The position numbers and the translations under genes are program-made. Source: Harriotta raleighana (taxonomy: Eukaryota). Taken from it: a DNA stretch of 64,000 nucleotides. Shown piece after piece: positions 52,101-64,000 of the stretch (within the stretch, counting starts at the first letter, position 1; the number at the start of each line of letters is the position of its first letter). Under the pieces are notes generated by a model. The model did not search any database and was not told where the DNA came from. It was given only the letters and a program-made list of their open reading frames with translations. The stretch is from contig JBNZDD010013499.1 in assembly GCA_050575255.1 (NCBI GenBank), positions 711,088 to 775,087 on the forward strand, read 5' to 3'.

Positions 52101-52689
52101 CTTCAAATATATAAAAAAAGTTAATCTTAATCAGATTGTAACAACTCTGTAACTAATATAACACATTTAATTCAATGTGCAGTAAAGCTAGCAGTTTTGC
52201 AGGCTGCAGATATCAAAATGGTCACATTTTTGATGCTAACAATATTAATTTCAACAGTTATTTCTGGAAGTCAGCCATTACATAACACTGTAAAGTATTC
52301 CCAAAATATTCTAGGTTGATGTTAGTTAGTTCCATCAAAGTCATTTGAAATAACTTTAGTTCTTAAACCAGAATGTTTTAGTATGAACACAAAAAATATG
52401 AAAGCATTTGCTAAATATGTAACACCAATATATTGTCAGGTTAAGATAAGGCAGTGCTGACAAACCTAATGAATTCCAGCTAAATGAGAATTTTTACTGT
52501 CAAAAGAAGAACATCATCAAAAATACAAGCAAAAGAAGAATCCTTGGATTTGATTTAGCGCTTTCTTGTCGGCAAGACTTATCAAAGCAATTCACTAAAT
52601 ATAGTGGAAAGTTTGGTGACTGAACAACCAACTTCGCGCACACCTCTCCCTCCATACCCTACTCGAACCCCTCCAGTCCAGCTTCCTTG

Positions 52690-52835
52690 TATTTAATATA
52701 GCGTTGTTCACGTCTTCTAGATGTCTCAAAGCACTATATAGAATATGTTGTAAAGTGAATTATATTTTTGTGGTTAAAAGGCGGCAGCCAATTACACACA
52801 GAAATGTCCCACAAACAGTCGTGGATTGAAATGAC
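52690..52835 (-). mobile_element. SINE family A 3' fragment
   Basis: gcggcagccaatt...cccacaaacagtcgtggattgaaatgac. Confidence 0.7.
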
Positions 52836-53646
52836 TAATCTCAGCTGCCTTCTCTTGATTTCACAAACCCTCTTCAGATTGTCACCCGTAAATCTAACTT
52901 GATATGCTCTGAAATGAGCCTACAAATCCAGGTAGACCAATAGTCATTAATTGAAAATATATGTTCTACTGTTCAAGGAAAGGGCCCAGTGCACAATACT
53001 GGAGCACCCCACATAATGCCCCCCACCCCATTTTGTTTTGGTTCCTTTTATGAATACCCCATTTCAAAGAATAATGCCAAAGCATCCAGATGACTATCAG
53101 GTGAGGTGAAGAATAATCATGCAAAGCTGCTGAATCTGCTTTGTAACCTGGGCCAATTTCTTTGGGTAATGTCATGGGGCAAGATTGCTTCCACTTGTGA
53201 AAATACTAAAACATTACTTTTAGCAAGGATTCCTGCTCCTGATCCCAAACTAGTGACTTATGCCAGAGAGTGACAACATGCGACTACTCGGTGAGAACAA
53301 GCTTTCATCCGACTGTGCTATCCCCATAGTAGAATAGCGGTTAAGCTTGCCCCGTTGGCTTTGAGAACAACTATTCAGGAATCATCCTGGAGGGTGGTAA
53401 ATATATGTGGAAATGTGCCACAGGCAAGGGTTATATTTATACCAAGTGCTAACTGAGGATCTCATGATTAATGACTCCCAATGTCAGACATTTTAAATGA
53501 ATGTTGATCCAGCAATGCCCCCCCTCAATTATTTGGCTCTCCAAACGATTGGGAGGAAGCTTGAAGACAGTTAGCAATGATTTGAACATTTGATACATTT
53601 TATAGCAGAGGATAAGATTGAGAAAAAGAGTAATTAAGATATTTAC

Positions 53647-53694
53647 CTTTATGTCTCTATGCATCTTTCCTTTGCTGTGAAGATAATATAAACC
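53647..53694 (-). CDS. MAP4K3: MAP4K3 exon (~ex6), catalytic loop
   Basis: tgtag|GGT...AAG|gtaaat; 48 nt; GLYYLHSKGKMHRDIK. Confidence 0.96.
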
Positions 53695-53904
53695 CTACAA
53701 AAGAAAAAAAAAATGGTTAAGTGTGCATTGACCCCTGAATGACTTACCTTGAAAGTGTTCTTGAGTGCTCTTTCAGAATCCCGGAATATACCAATCCCAA
53801 ATCCCCAGGATTCTCTTCAATGAATCCCATGATTGAGAGCACGATTAGCATGCAGGATGCCAAGATTCAGATTTCTCCCTATTCCTGAGGTTCATTACTG
53901 TATA

Positions 53905-54345
53905 TAGGAATAGAAGTGGGCAATTCAGCCCATCAAGCCAATTTCACAAGATCATGGTTGATTTGTACCTCAATTCCAATCACCCTCTCTTGCCCCATAT
54001 CCCTTGATACCCTGACCTAACAAATATCTATTCACCTCAGTCTTGAAAATTTGAATGGATCCAGCATTCACAGCCTTTTTGTGGAGAGAGTTGCAGATTT
54101 CCAATATAATTTTGATGAAAAACCACCTCCTGATTTCATTCATAAATGGCCCAAGCTCTAATTTTAAAATGATGCCCCACCTTATTCTGGATTCCCCCAC
54201 AAGAGAAAATAGTTTCTCTGTATCTATCTTATCAAAACCCTTTCTTATTTTGAAAACCTCAATTGGATCACCCCCTCAACCGTCTAAACTCGAGGGAATA
54301 TAGACCAAGTTTATGCAACCTGTCCTCATAATTTATCCCTTTAAA
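53905..54345 (-). mobile_element. CR1 LINE 3' fragment
   Basis: ORF 53970..54200 reads RRWFF...CNSLHKKAVNAGSIQIFKTEVNRYLLGQGIKGYG, the CR1 ORF2 C-terminus. Confidence 0.85.
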
Positions 54346-56086
54346 TTACCTTGTAATGTTCTGTACTATACAGAAATACAAGCAGAGGCTCAACAATCAA
54401 GTGTTCGAAGGCTCATGTGTGAGTAAAATTGTGAATGGCTTCATGTCGATGAGTCTTCCAATAGCATATTAATTAGAAAGTTGAGTTTGGTTCAACAGAT
54501 TATTCCTTAATGTTTCTTCCTGAAATATTTGTTTTAGAAATTTCCATTCCAATGCACTGTGGCCAATAAGTGAAACATCAGAAATTCTCACTTTTTTTTT
54601 AAACAGCAGATTTTCTGATTACTGTATAACACAGCTGCTGTGAAACAGCATCAAGCAAAGTAAATATTATCCATGTGTAAGGGAAACTGAACGAGTCATC
54701 ACCTTGGCCATGTCTCTTACAATAAAGAAAAAATTGATAGCTATATGAAAAACAAGTCACTTGAGATAAAGATAATCAATTTTCACTCTCTAATATCATA
54801 CAATAAGGGTGGTAATTTGTTTGGTAGACTTGTTAAATACACCTATAATTGTATCAATAATTTAACGCACATTATTACATTGTTTAGTAAAGCCTCAATT
54901 AAATATGCATTTGTCTGTCCTAAATCAGGTTAGAAATGCACAGGCCATCAAACACATAATCATGTTGCTCTACATTGAACAAAAAATGACATTTTAATAT
55001 ACAGTATAAAGAAGAGCATTCATTGCAACATATGGTAATTCTAGCACCAGAATACTACCATGTTCTGCAGACGTCTCAGACACAAGGCACTCTATCAAAT
55101 GCAAAGATTAATAGTACAAAAGGATCAAACACACTATAAAGTTCCTAAAAATTCTTCCCCCAAAAAATCATTTTTTCCCACTGATCTTCAAGGGGGCATT
55201 TTCTATTCTACAAGGTTGAAAACAGTAAAATGCCTATTAAACATACTGATTATTATTATTGCGCTATAGAAATGCAATGTTATTGTTGTTGTTATTGGCA
55301 TATCTGTTATCTGCAGAAGAGTACACAGAGCTGTGAAACTATCAAAAATAAATCTGTTATGCAAATGTACTAGTTTGGATGAGATTTCCACCTACACATA
55401 TTTTGCATTCAGTATAATCCATAGCTGTATTTCTTTTTAGTCCATAGTTTACTTTATGTTGTGTAGATATATTTAGTATCATATTATATACACACACACA
55501 TGCACGTGCATGTAATATAAATGGTTAAGACTCAAAATTGAAAGTCACACAGAGATAGAGCACACAAAGCGAAAGAAAGCGAACCAGGGGGAGAGAGACA
55601 AAGGGGCTGATACACTGTGGTACTGCAGTGACAAAATAAAAAAAAGTTCCATCTGGAAATACGTTAGCACTGAAGCCAATCTGTATTTGATACAATGTCC
55701 AATTATCCTTACTGTCTGCCGATCTTCAATAGCTTAGTTCCAGTTAATGTGTATTATCAGCTCTCCACTGTATTGAGTTTTCAATTTTCCTCACAAGCCA
55801 TTTCTGTTGGCGGTATAATCACCAATGGGAAACTTTCTTCTGTGACAAGAGTCTAAGCTGCAACTTCCCAAACGTATTTCAAGTAGGAACTGTAAACCAG
55901 CAAACTTTCAACTACAGTAATTAGATTGGGTGGCATTCAATCACAGGATGAATAGGCAGTGGCATAAACCAAAACCAAATCTCTCCAAATTCTACACAAC
56001 TATTTAAAGCAAAATGAAACATCAAATAAGCTGTGCAGCTACAGTTATTTCAAAAAAAAATTGGGTAAGAAATTGAAATTACATAC

Positions 56087-56142
56087 TTGTAGCGTTTCTC
56101 GGCATACATATGCTATCTGCAGTTCTGATAAAGGTCCAGTCA
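56087..56142 (-). CDS. MAP4K3: MAP4K3 exon (~ex5)
   Basis: tttag|TG...CAA|gtatgt; 56 nt; (V)TGPLSELQIAYVCRETLQ. Confidence 0.96.
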
Positions 56143-56303
56143 CTAAAGAAATAAAATCAGCATTAAATTATTGAATTACAATTATAGTTCAAGTCATCAA
56201 TTTAAGTTTTTCACTCTGCCCAATAACTAGAATGTCTTAACTACTGACAGATTTACACATTTCAGATTGGAGACTGCCACAAATCCCCTCTTGGCACTAT
56301 TCT

Positions 56304-56673
56304 GTGGAGTCCTGCAGCTCAGTGGTTAGAGCGCTTGCCTCACATGCGAGAGACCTGGATTCAATTCCCAGCAGGGCAAAACGTTGGGCGAGTTTTCTTA
56401 CTCTACACACTTCTTTTACCTAGCAGTAAGTAGGAACCCGGTTGTTAGCAATTTGGCGAATCGCTCTTCCGGGGGTGAACTGCTTTTCAAAAAAAAAAAA
56501 AAAAATTGGTCACTTCAATCCATGACTTTCATGGAACACTGCTGTGCACAATTGGCTGCCGCGTTTTGTGCACAAAACATACAGTCAATTGACTTTATAA
56601 TATATTCTGTAAAGCACTTTGGAACATCGCAAAGATGTGAAGAGGGCTATTTCAAATGCAAGGATTATTATTA
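56304..56673 (+). mobile_element. Full-length SINE family A copy (long variant)
   Basis: tRNA-like head cagctcagtggttagagc...gattcaattcc, central A-run, L2-type tail caaatgcaaggattattatta. Confidence 0.88.
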
Positions 56674-57479
56674 CTGTGAATTGCTTCTTACATTTGGGGG
56701 TTGCCAAAAAGTAAATTTTGCATTTAAATTTCATTCTCTGCATATTTTAAGAGTGAGAAAAGCACTCTTCCATGCTTTCTATTTCCTCCAATCACAGGAG
56801 TCTACTCTTCAAACTTGGAAAATAAAATCATCCTCAATGTCATTTTAAAATCAACAGGACTAAAATGTCCCAAGTGTATATAGAAGAGGACGATTAGCTA
56901 ACTTTAATTAACTTAATTGATTCGTCATCAAATGACAGATCTACAATTAATTGTCAAAATTTAGTTCCAAGCTTTGACTAGCTCGGTAAAAATCACAAAA
57001 GTATGTTTCTTCCATATAGTGGGCACCAACAGATTAACAGCAATGAGAAACTGCCAGAGCAATTTTGAATTTGATTCTATTTTGCTTAATTTCTTTAATT
57101 GAATGACAATTTGTCAAACAGTAGTATCCCATTCTTTAAATTAGAGTGAAGGATTTAGCAGGATTGTCTTTTTTCTCCACTGTTCAGTGGAGCTTNAAAT
57201 TAGAGTGAAGGATTTAGCAGGATTGTCTTTTTTCTCCACTGTTCAGACATAGTTGGGAGGGCAGATTCCTGCCTCCAGGGTTTGAGTGCAAGGCACATGG
57301 AGAAAAATCTCTGCCTAAATGTGGACTGCATATTAATGTTATTTTGCAAACCTGGATCTTCAATGTTACCTTAATTGGATTTCACTGAAAAATATGAGAA
57401 GATTTCAGGGCATGGGTCAATTAAACAAGTTGAAGACCTCGCTCTCAAAATGACAGTGTTTTATGTTGAAGCCATTCCA

Positions 57480-57815
57480 AAGTTTTCAAATGCCTTCATG
57501 CCTGAGCACCTCCCTAGCTCTCTGACTGCTTAATCCAAACCCGTTGCTTCTGCTCGACTGATTCCGCCCTTCTGCATATCCCTCGTGCCCTCCATTCTAG
57601 CATTGGCAGATACGCTTTCAGCCACTACCACCCCTCACAAACTTTGGAACACTTCCTCTATCCCTCCGCCTTGCCCCTTCCTTCCCGAACTTCAGGTCGC
57701 ATCTGAAGACTGTCCTCTTCCACTGTGCCTACAGTCCCCTCCCCATGACGCTCCGCCACTGTGAAGTGCTCTGGGACCCTACCCCGTGTGAAGGGCACTG
57801 TATAAATGCAAGTTG
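57480..57815 (+). mobile_element. L2 LINE 3' fragment
   Basis: cattggcagatacgctttcagccactac...tataaatgcaagttg. Confidence 0.8.
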
Positions 57816-58281
57816 AATGTTACACACATACATCACTTGTATGTTAACAATAAACACTTCATCTATTGTGGGAGAAATTAAGGCATGGTGGATGATTGAA
57901 TCTTAATTGTGCATTTTAGGATGCTCTCAACGGGAAAACTCTGACTCACCCTTTTAAAAATTCTTTCAGACATTAGTCATTTTCCTTTCACTCTAAAGGT
58001 AAAAGATCTAACTCTATGAAATAAAAGCCTGATGTATTGGCAAAGGATAATGTCATAGTAAAAGCACTTTTAAAACTACATTGTATAAGACAAATTATAT
58101 AACAGGGGGAGAAAAAAAACCTGAATAAAACCCCAAAGCAAATAAAATAGGAGTAAAGAACGAAAGAGGAAAATAAAACATTAAATAAAATATTCACTAG
58201 AGTGCAACATTTGGAAACCAGAAAATATTTCTAATATTTTAGTATAATAAGTTTGCCTCCGTCCATTAAAAAAGTAAATTA

Positions 58282-58374
<93 letters not shown>

Positions 58375-59173
58375 TCATTTCTTTCAATTGCAACAACATT
58401 CACATCCCAAAGGAAAATTCAACCACCACAGAATTTTATTGCCATGCATCTAAACCTCGTTTTCTCCCCAAAAAACATTTTGAATAGCAAATAGTATTCA
58501 GAGAAATGGCTCACCATAATGTATCTGTTACAATTACACCTCTCAACACTTTTCCTATACATACAATTATCATTTTACAATACTACAATAGCAAGAAATA
58601 AGGCGTGAATCTCTAAAAAAAAATGTTTGGTTTAAATTTACTTAAGGTTTGCATATATGTGTCTCATCACTATTCTGCCGGATAACTTCCGGTTCATCGA
58701 ATCAGGACTCAACAGGGTTTCCGGTTCAGCGAGTCATGGATAAACGGGGTTTTACTGTGACATTTAAATATTCCTGCCGACACAAAAAAAACCTTATCCA
58801 AAGTGCTTTATCTTTGTCAATGCAAGCACTGACAAAGCTTCCGTTCAACGAGAATTACGGTAGTTTTGCATTTCCATTTTCAACAAAGTTGCTACATTCC
58901 TAAAATGACAGCAACAATTGCCAAAATGTTGTTGAATACTTTTAGCTCTTTTTCTTCCGACAGTGAGGCAAGACACATGTTTTCTGTAGTCGACTGAAAC
59001 CAATTATAAAATTAGGTTTTAAAAAAAACAAGATTCCAGTCTCAAATATTTTAACTTGCAATTTTATGTGGTAGCATATCATGGAACATCCAGATCCAAC
59101 TATGAAGTCAGGTCTCTGAAATTGTAACCCTAGTGATTACTGAATGCAGAACAAACCTTGTAGAAATTGTGTT

Positions 59174-59267
59174 TCTACAATGACTGTCCAGCGCCTTGGG
59201 ACGTCCTCCTGACGTGAAAGGTCCTATACAAGTGTAATTTTGTTGTTCTTGTTATTGTTCTTGTTGT
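59174..59267 (+). mobile_element. Ultra-short L2 3' tail insertion flanked by 33-bp direct repeats
   Basis: gcgccttgggacgtcctcctgacgtgaaagg...(ttg)n between two copies of tgaatgcagaacaaaccNNgtagaaattgtgtt. Confidence 0.8.
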
Positions 59268-61627
59268 TGAATGCAGAACAAACCGCGTAGAAATTGTGTT
59301 GCGTCAGAACAACATGTCTAAGAGCTTGGTGCAGGAATTGATTACTGTATTATTTCTGCAACTAATCTTCTAGACACAAACGAGCAGCATCGGATGAGAA
59401 TTCTGTTTGCAGGGCTAGTGTTGAAAACTTCATTGCTGGCATCCTGTGCAGTCTTCTGTATTGGTACAGTAGGTTACCAAGCAACCAAATAAGCTCTGTG
59501 TTTCTTGACAAAAACCTGGTTTTAAAGCAGTTGGAACTCTTGTTCCATTCAAACATACCAGTCCCTTTTTGTAGCTCGAGTGAAAGCTTGTTTGAAGTCA
59601 ATCTTGAGGAATTTATAGCTCAGTCGCATTCTTCTAGATTTGTAGAAGGAGCAGTCTGGTGTACAGAAAGACCATTCTTAAGAGTCAAGTCCATTGGTCT
59701 TATAAGGCTTTTAGCTGTATTGAAAAATGAGCAGGGGTTTTTGTTGAGCAATATACAGGGCTGAGAGGTCTTTGAAAGCAGCAAGAAACACCAAGGTGAA
59801 ATGGATTTTTGCCCCGTTCCAGAGCCTGGGAGCACAAATGCTTGGCTACCAACGGTACGATAGACCCGAGTAAGGAATGAGCTGTAGATCGGAGTTCGGA
59901 GGAGCAAAATAAAGATGCCTTGGGGGTGACAATCCAGTTCACACTTTTGAGCAACAAATATGACAAGTTATAAATGTGCAAATATTTCTGCCTCACAAAG
60001 CAAAAATTGTTTTAATTTTAGACCGATCATTTTCAGACCCACTACAAATGATTGTCGTTAAGGACAAATGATTCACTGTGGTCAATGGAAACAAAGTTTA
60101 GGTAAATGGACTGGAACCTTGCAATTTTAAGCTACCATTTAGAGTTAAGAGACAAACTTTAACGTCAATCAATAATCAAAAATGACTTACTTGCCATGTG
60201 AGATTTGCTTGCATTGCCATCATAGTCCAATGCAAACCATGGCCATTGCAAACAGGCCCACATGGAATCACATTTACCCACAGCAAAAAGACAAACTGAG
60301 ATACTGAGAAAATACAATCAAGCACGATCGAGTCCTCGTTCACACACATGCACTTTCCAGCAGCATTACCCGAATAATCAGGATAATCCTTAAGGAACAT
60401 TTTACTTTGGTCATCATGTCCACCTCTAGTACGCAAATAAATGGCCATCATGTGGAAGCCTCGACAATGAGTGCAAGTGGACCTATTTGATCAAAGGGCG
60501 TAGGTGAACTTCATCTAGTTGCCAACACATTGCCAAGTACAGCAAAGATCATTGAAAGGTGATCAGGAAACTGAACCCTCCAAAAAACAAGCAAACTGCA
60601 GAGTTTACTGCTTATTAAAGGCTAAGATCCACTTGCTCAAGTCCAGGGATCAAATCATTGAAGCATATCATAAAAACAGGTTCAGGAGGGAACCAGATGA
60701 GTTGCTGAAAAGGCAATTATGAAACATCAAGATAAACCAGGTGTGTAGGGCAGAGAAATATTGAAAGGAAGATGCGCTTGTTGGGCCTCAAATGCCCTTT
60801 CCGGCCCTAAAAATTCTTATGCTCTTAAGAGGTTTCTAACAACAACAAGAAAGTGAATGACAAATTAAGCATTTGGTTGACTGAGCATTATTGTTTCTAA
60901 CTAGTTACTACATACATTAAAATTCTGTTTCATGTATTTTCGGTTTAACATCTTTTCCAACTACAGAGAGAATTCAGAGAATTTAACCCCAAATGGAGGG
61001 AAAAACCATACAAGGCTATGACCTCCAGTAACATGAAAAGCTTGCCAACAATTTCAACAAGTTTAAAAACAGGCACTCGAATAAATGAGCAGATGAGCGG
61101 GTAACGTAGGAATCCTGAAATAAGTGAAAATGTCTAAAATATACCAGTTTATTAACGAAATGCCACACTGCACATTTCCACACATATGACGAGTTTCGAA
61201 CAGGTTTGATCAACCTGCTGTAGTAGAACAGTGCTGGGAAATGAAAGGAAGCAAAGAGCATGAAGGAGAAAGAAAATACAGAAATCTCTGCCCATCTCCA
61301 AGGTGAGATGCTGAACTGAAAATTACATTTCAGTACTTGTTATATGAATTTATTGTACATTTTAATAATCAACACATTGCTGAAAATAAATCAAGTCTGG
61401 TCTTTTCCTTCATCGCCCTTTCAAACATCGATCTATAGCTTTTTAAAAATGTATTTACTTGCCATTTATATATCAAGGAACTCAACACTTACACATATGT
61501 GTATAATAACCTAGTTATTTTTACATGTAAGCAACTGATAGATCAAGACAACTGATAGGTCAAAAAAAGACATTGTGAGTACAGTATATAAATTTGTGTC
61601 CTGGAAGATTAGCAATGTACTTGACAA

Positions 61628-61740
61628 TGACATTTTGCCCACAAAGTATACAGTCAATTCACTTTACAGTATATTTTGTGAAGCACTTTGAAATGCTTTG
61701 AGGATAATAATAAAGCCCCATTCACAAAATGCAAGGATTG
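61628..61740 (+). mobile_element. SINE family A 3' fragment
   Basis: cccacaaagtatacagtcaattcactttacagtatattttgtgaagcactttga...aatgcaaggatt. Confidence 0.65.
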
Positions 61741-62892
61741 TGAATGACACTTCATACTTAATTTTCCATTGCATTTTAGCATCCTGAATGTAATTATATT
61801 TTCATTTATTGTTTCATATGAGAATTCTACATAATAATGGAATGTTTAAAAAAAATTTAACTAAAAATATTAAGCTAAGCTATTCAAAATCAAGATCCAG
61901 CATTACATAAATCGCAAGCTTAATGAGCAAATTGACATTTACTGTTCACAGAAATCAGTGTAAATGAGCACAACCAAATTAGAAGTAAGAGTCACTGAAT
62001 TCGTTTTGGGGTACAAACGGTGTGAGATCAATGTCAATGCCATGTCAACATACATATTTGTGTTATGTTAACTTGTAATGGAAATAATCTTAAAAGATTA
62101 TTTCAAGCAATTTGTATCAATTAATTCCCATGAGATTATTTCAGAACTTTTAATAACATGAATATAAAACAAACTAGATGCATTTTTCTCGTGTAACATG
62201 GGTGCAATAAGAACAATTTACTATGACATTGTGAAACCTTATTTACGCTCCCGGCAGCTCTTTTGCTGCCATATTAGAAATCCCTAGAAGCAATTAACTC
62301 ACACAATCATGTCCGCTGGGAAGAATGTACCAATTTTGAGGTTAAAAAAAAAGTTTGTCCTCATAAGATGAAATGCATTGTATCCTTAAACTATAGTTTT
62401 CACAATAGAGAATAAAAATGTAGTGTCACAAGGTGGTGCACTAAAACCTGACATTGTTTCCCCAAACCTGAATGTAAATTTGGTTATTCTGCAATAGGGA
62501 TGTAAGGAACAGTGGTACTGTGGTTTTCAAGTGAGGGAACTGGGAAGAGAACATTTCGAAACTTTTTTTTTCTCAAATGATCAATTCAAATTTATAAAAT
62601 ATACTACAACTATATACAAATTTTAATGGTGAACAGATCACATCAAAAATGTTAAAACACCAAATATATTTGTATTTTTTAAAAAAAAGTTAATACAAGA
62701 AAAGAAGCTCTGCTGATTAAGACAGGTCCCCACAAATATAGCATATTCGTGACTGGAGGGGTTTAATTTGTTTCGCAAATATCTATTCCATGAGCTGCAA
62801 ATATAAATGAGAACATGCTGCAACTTGCAGAATATGTTCACAACATGCACAGTACAGGACTGAGAGCATTTAATATGTAGAGTGACACATAC

Positions 62893-62983
62893 CTGAGATA
62901 ACTGCCAAAATACGCAACAATGTTTGAGTGCTTGCAGTCTTTCATCATAATAATCTCTTGCTGTACAACTGCAAAGTCTTCAC
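62893..62983 (-). CDS. MAP4K3: MAP4K3 exon (~ex3), kinase alphaC region
   Basis: cag|GTGAAGAC...TATCTCAG|gtatgt; 91 nt; (G)EDFAVVQQEIIMMKDCKHSNIVAYFGSYL(R). Confidence 0.96.
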
Positions 62984-64000
62984 CTGAGGAGGAAAAGAAA
63001 ATTGGATTTAAATGACGAATAAAAGTAAACTCCTGACAATTCGTCATTCCAAAGGAAAACCCAGTGATACATTATCCGGAGTGGTGAGTTAGGCATATGT
63101 ATAAATACATGAATAAATTGCAACATCCTGACTTAAGCAGTTGTGACAAGTTAAGCTAGGGTCGAGTTATTAGGGGTTTACTGTATGTCTGGAACCTTGC
63201 TTTAGCTATTACAGCTGTTAGGCTTAAATGGCAGAATCTGTAGGTATTTAAAAACATACTGTACCTACCAGAAAAACATACCACGAATGGTACACTACGC
63301 ATAGGATTGCAAGAACTTGTCATTTTAAAAGGGATTGGGAGGAGAATTCTCCATTCAAATGCTTCAAGATATTGAGGAAAACAACAGTTGTACAATTGCA
63401 GTTTATTTACAGAAGGAATCACTTTATTATTAACACCACAGAATCCCATCCTCTTCCCTGGGCCAATCGACATGAGGTATAACGCAAGCTGTCTGAGGGC
63501 AGTCCAATGCAGTGATAGGAGGTTGCAGTTTGCAATGGGTTACAAGTCACTTTACATTGAACATTCAGTACTAATGAGTAAGCAGCAGTACACAGTCAGG
63601 ACTGAATGTTTTACAGAGTTCTGCAACTCCATTGCAGCACAGGCCAGTCCAAAGCTGTATTCAATTAAACTGAATGGGACCCACGTCCAATGTGACAACA
63701 TCTGCCTAGGAATGAGCAGCAGGTCCCAAGTAATGTAGAAGATTCATTGTTGCTAGTAAAAACGTATAACTTAATTTTCTTCATATTTACGAAATTTGCA
63801 CAGACAAACTACCCCCTCGAGTTTTTCCTATTTTAAAAATTGTTTTTGGAGCCATGACCATTAGGTTTTAACTTTAAATTTAAAGTACAATTTTTCCAGG
63901 ATCAAGATGTATCTTCGCCTTAAAACCTGGGAGATGAGCAAGAAGATGCAAATCAATAGTGATCAATCACAGTGATGCTCTGTACACTGAAGTTAAGTCT

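Noticed and set aside
55498-55513. Perfect 16-bp palindrome acatgcacgtgcatgt containing an E-box
   Set aside because: It sits in an alternating purine-pyrimidine (TA/CA) microsatellite where such palindromes arise easily.
59400-59930. Overlapping ORFs at 59.4-60.0 kb as a possible gene
   Set aside because: The minus-strand NKNPCSFFNTAKSL segment loosely resembles decayed L2 ORF2; there are multiple stops, and the signal is too weak to call either way.

Overview
This is AT-rich vertebrate genomic DNA, not prokaryotic. The whole window lies inside one minus-strand gene, MAP4K3 (GLK, a Ste20/GCK-I kinase). I read 27 consecutive coding exons by hand, equivalent to human exons 3-29 by recalled numbering. 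They cover the kinase domain, the proline-rich linker and most of the CNH domain, and all splice sites and phases are consistent. The first exons and the last exons lie outside the window. Introns are full of decayed L2 and CR1 LINE fragments, tRNA-headed SINEs with L2-type tails, MITEs and a short repeat typical of cartilaginous fishes. A chondrichthyan source, possibly a chimaera, is my inference only. Almost all ORFs in the supplied track are spurious, partial exon overlaps or LINE debris. Eight single-N positions occur, most flanked by near-identical duplications, and these look like assembly overlap artefacts; one creates a false second copy of an exon. I found no convincing wholly new multi-gene system. 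The best leads are: (1) an in-frame alternative donor adding 33 aa to the kinase linker; (2) a ~400-bp-arm intronic inverted repeat; (3) two decayed hammerhead-ribozyme-like motifs that together reconstruct an intact minimal ribozyme; (4) a GC-AG mini-intron; (5) two degenerate copies of exon ends lying ~0.6 kb upstream of their parent exons. Repeat boundaries are approximate.
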